The position numbers and the translations under genes were made by a program. A stretch of 64,000 nucleotides of DNA from Schmidtea nova (lineage: Eukaryota). Below, one piece after another: positions 62,539 through 64,000 of this stretch. Within the stretch, counting starts at the first letter, position 1. Every line of letters begins with the position of its first letter. The notes under the pieces are model-generated. The model had not been told where the DNA came from. It did not search any database and was given only the letters and a program-made list of their open reading frames with translations. Location of the stretch: contig CM097882.1 in the NCBI GenBank assembly GCA_044892505.1, positions 531,278,001 through 531,342,000 of the forward strand, given 5' to 3'.

Positions 62539-63653
62539 AAAAGGCCGACAGACAAAAGGCCGACATGGACAAAAGGCCGACAAGAACACAAGGCCGACAA
62601 GGACAAAAGGCCGACACGGACAAAAGGCAGACAAATAAAAGAACACTTGTAATAGCAAAAACTATTAAATAAAATCGGGGGATTCCTGGAAAAAATTTTA
62701 TTTAGAATTTTATTTAGAGAATTCTAAATCAAAAATTTTCCAGGAATCCCCCAATTTTATTTAATAGTTTTTGCTATTACAACTGGGTTTTTTTGTTTAA
62801 AAAATTGGTTTTTGTTAAAGAGGTAATTATTATTTTAATTAGTTTAATGAAATGAAACATATATTTATATAAATTAAAGTAACTTAAAATTGTTAGTCAG
62901 TTAAACAGGGCTATTTTAATAATTCAGTTAAACATTTTTAGTGCGTTTTTAGTAATTTAGTTGGGCATTTTAAGTGATGAGGGATGGCACAGGAGATGGC
63001 AGTTTTTAGTTGGAAGAAATCATCCTGGAGTATTTCACTTAATAAAAGAGTTGAAGAAAGAACAGGAGCATGTCGAAGCAGAAATAGAAATTATTCTACG
63101 TGGTGAGCCCCCGTTCTACACTCAAGAAGCAATATGTTGCAAATATTTTAAATGGCCGACACAATCGTTCTGTGATTGATTTCCTTCGTGGAATAGCTCA
63201 CAATTTTAATTATTTCTAATTTGTAATTAAATTTTTTATAGAACAAAGTATTTATAGCTAATTTTTATTTAATTATTTTTTATTATCCGTAAATATTCAG
63301 CCTTTTGTCCATGTCGGCCTTTTTTTGTCGGCCTTTTTTTTTGTCTGCCTTTTGTCCGTGTCAGCCTTTTGTCCATGTCGGCCTTTTGTCCATGTCTGCC
63401 TTTTGTCCGTGTTGACCATTTGTCCATGTCGACCTTTTGTCCGTGTCAGCCTTTTGTCCATGTCGGCCTTTTGTCCATGTCTGCCTTTTGTCCATGTCGG
63501 CCTTTTGTCCATGTCTGCCTTTTGTCCGTGTTGACCTTTTGTCCATGTCGACCTTTTGTCCGTGTCAGCCTTTTGTCCATGTCGGCCTTTTGTCCATGTC
63601 TGCCTTTTGTCCGTGTTGACCTTTTGTCCATGTCGGCCTTTTGTCCGTATACG
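62539..63653 (+). mobile_element. Non-autonomous MULE with inverted arms built of 17-bp tandem repeats
   Basis: About 6 GGACAAAAGGCCGACAT units at left and 17 or more inverted units at right. Internal relic EGWHRRWQFLVGRNHPGVFHLIKELKKEQ (62961-63110) matches the MULE transposase C-terminus. Confidence 0.8.
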
Positions 63654-64000
63654 ATATTTTAAATAACTTTAGTTATTTTCACTCTTTAAATATTTTATTT
63701 TAAACACATGTAAATTACAGACATCTGATGAATTTCGAACAGCTGAAAAAGCAATGAAAATCAAATCCTTGGTCCATTTCCCCTCTATTCGTGTCTTACA
63801 AATCCAATCTGATAGTGCGTGAAATTTACAAAGTTTTACAAAATCGGAAATAAAAAAGCAAACAAATATTAAACTCTTATTTCTGGTTGTAAGATTAAAA
63901 AAATATTTTTCACAATTTACAGATTAAAAACACAAATAATTGTTTTAATTATCCAGTAATTTTCCTAAAATCATTAGACTGTTTATTATTAGATGGAAAT

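Noticed and set aside
63297-63662. Overlapping ORFs and a CRISPR-like look of the 17-bp array
   Set aside because: Units are contiguous with no unique spacers, and the context is eukaryotic; the ORFs are by-products of a stop-free repeat.
1-64000. rRNA, tRNA or snRNA genes
   Set aside because: None recognised by eye; tRNAscan-SE and Infernal would be needed to exclude them.

Overview
AT-rich, transposon-dense eukaryotic DNA, most likely from an invertebrate animal; I cannot name the taxon. There are two N-gaps (33051-33280, 35208-35381). One host gene can be reconstructed fully: a 5-exon UBXN6/UBXD1 orthologue (VIM-PUB-UBX, 450 aa) on + from 3928 to 37109, with phase-compatible GT-AG introns of 18.7, 3.1, 1.5 and 8.6 kb. 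Nearly everything else is mobile-element material: a 4-kb hAT element with TIR/TSD, a 4.8-kb Ty3/Gypsy element with two LTRs, other Gypsy relics, Penelope-like RT and GIY-YIG fragments, several mariners, two Merlin/IS1595-like transposases, a MULE with tandem-repeat inverted arms, hAT and piggyBac-type MITEs, and LINE and Chapaev-like relics. The most interesting unexplained signals are: (i) minimal hammerhead-ribozyme motifs, one with an intact core just after the Penelope endonuclease ORF and degenerate ones in short non-coding repeats next to microsatellites; (ii) unclassified repeat families carrying coiled-coil or basic ORFs; (iii) a 2.1-kb strand-asymmetric mobile unit with no recognisable ends; (iv) an intact intronless SAM-like/Zn-finger ORF nested antisense in a UBXN6 intron; (v) several long foldback palindromes. 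No rRNA, tRNA or CRISPR array was recognised. All homology calls rest on motif recognition by eye, not database searches.
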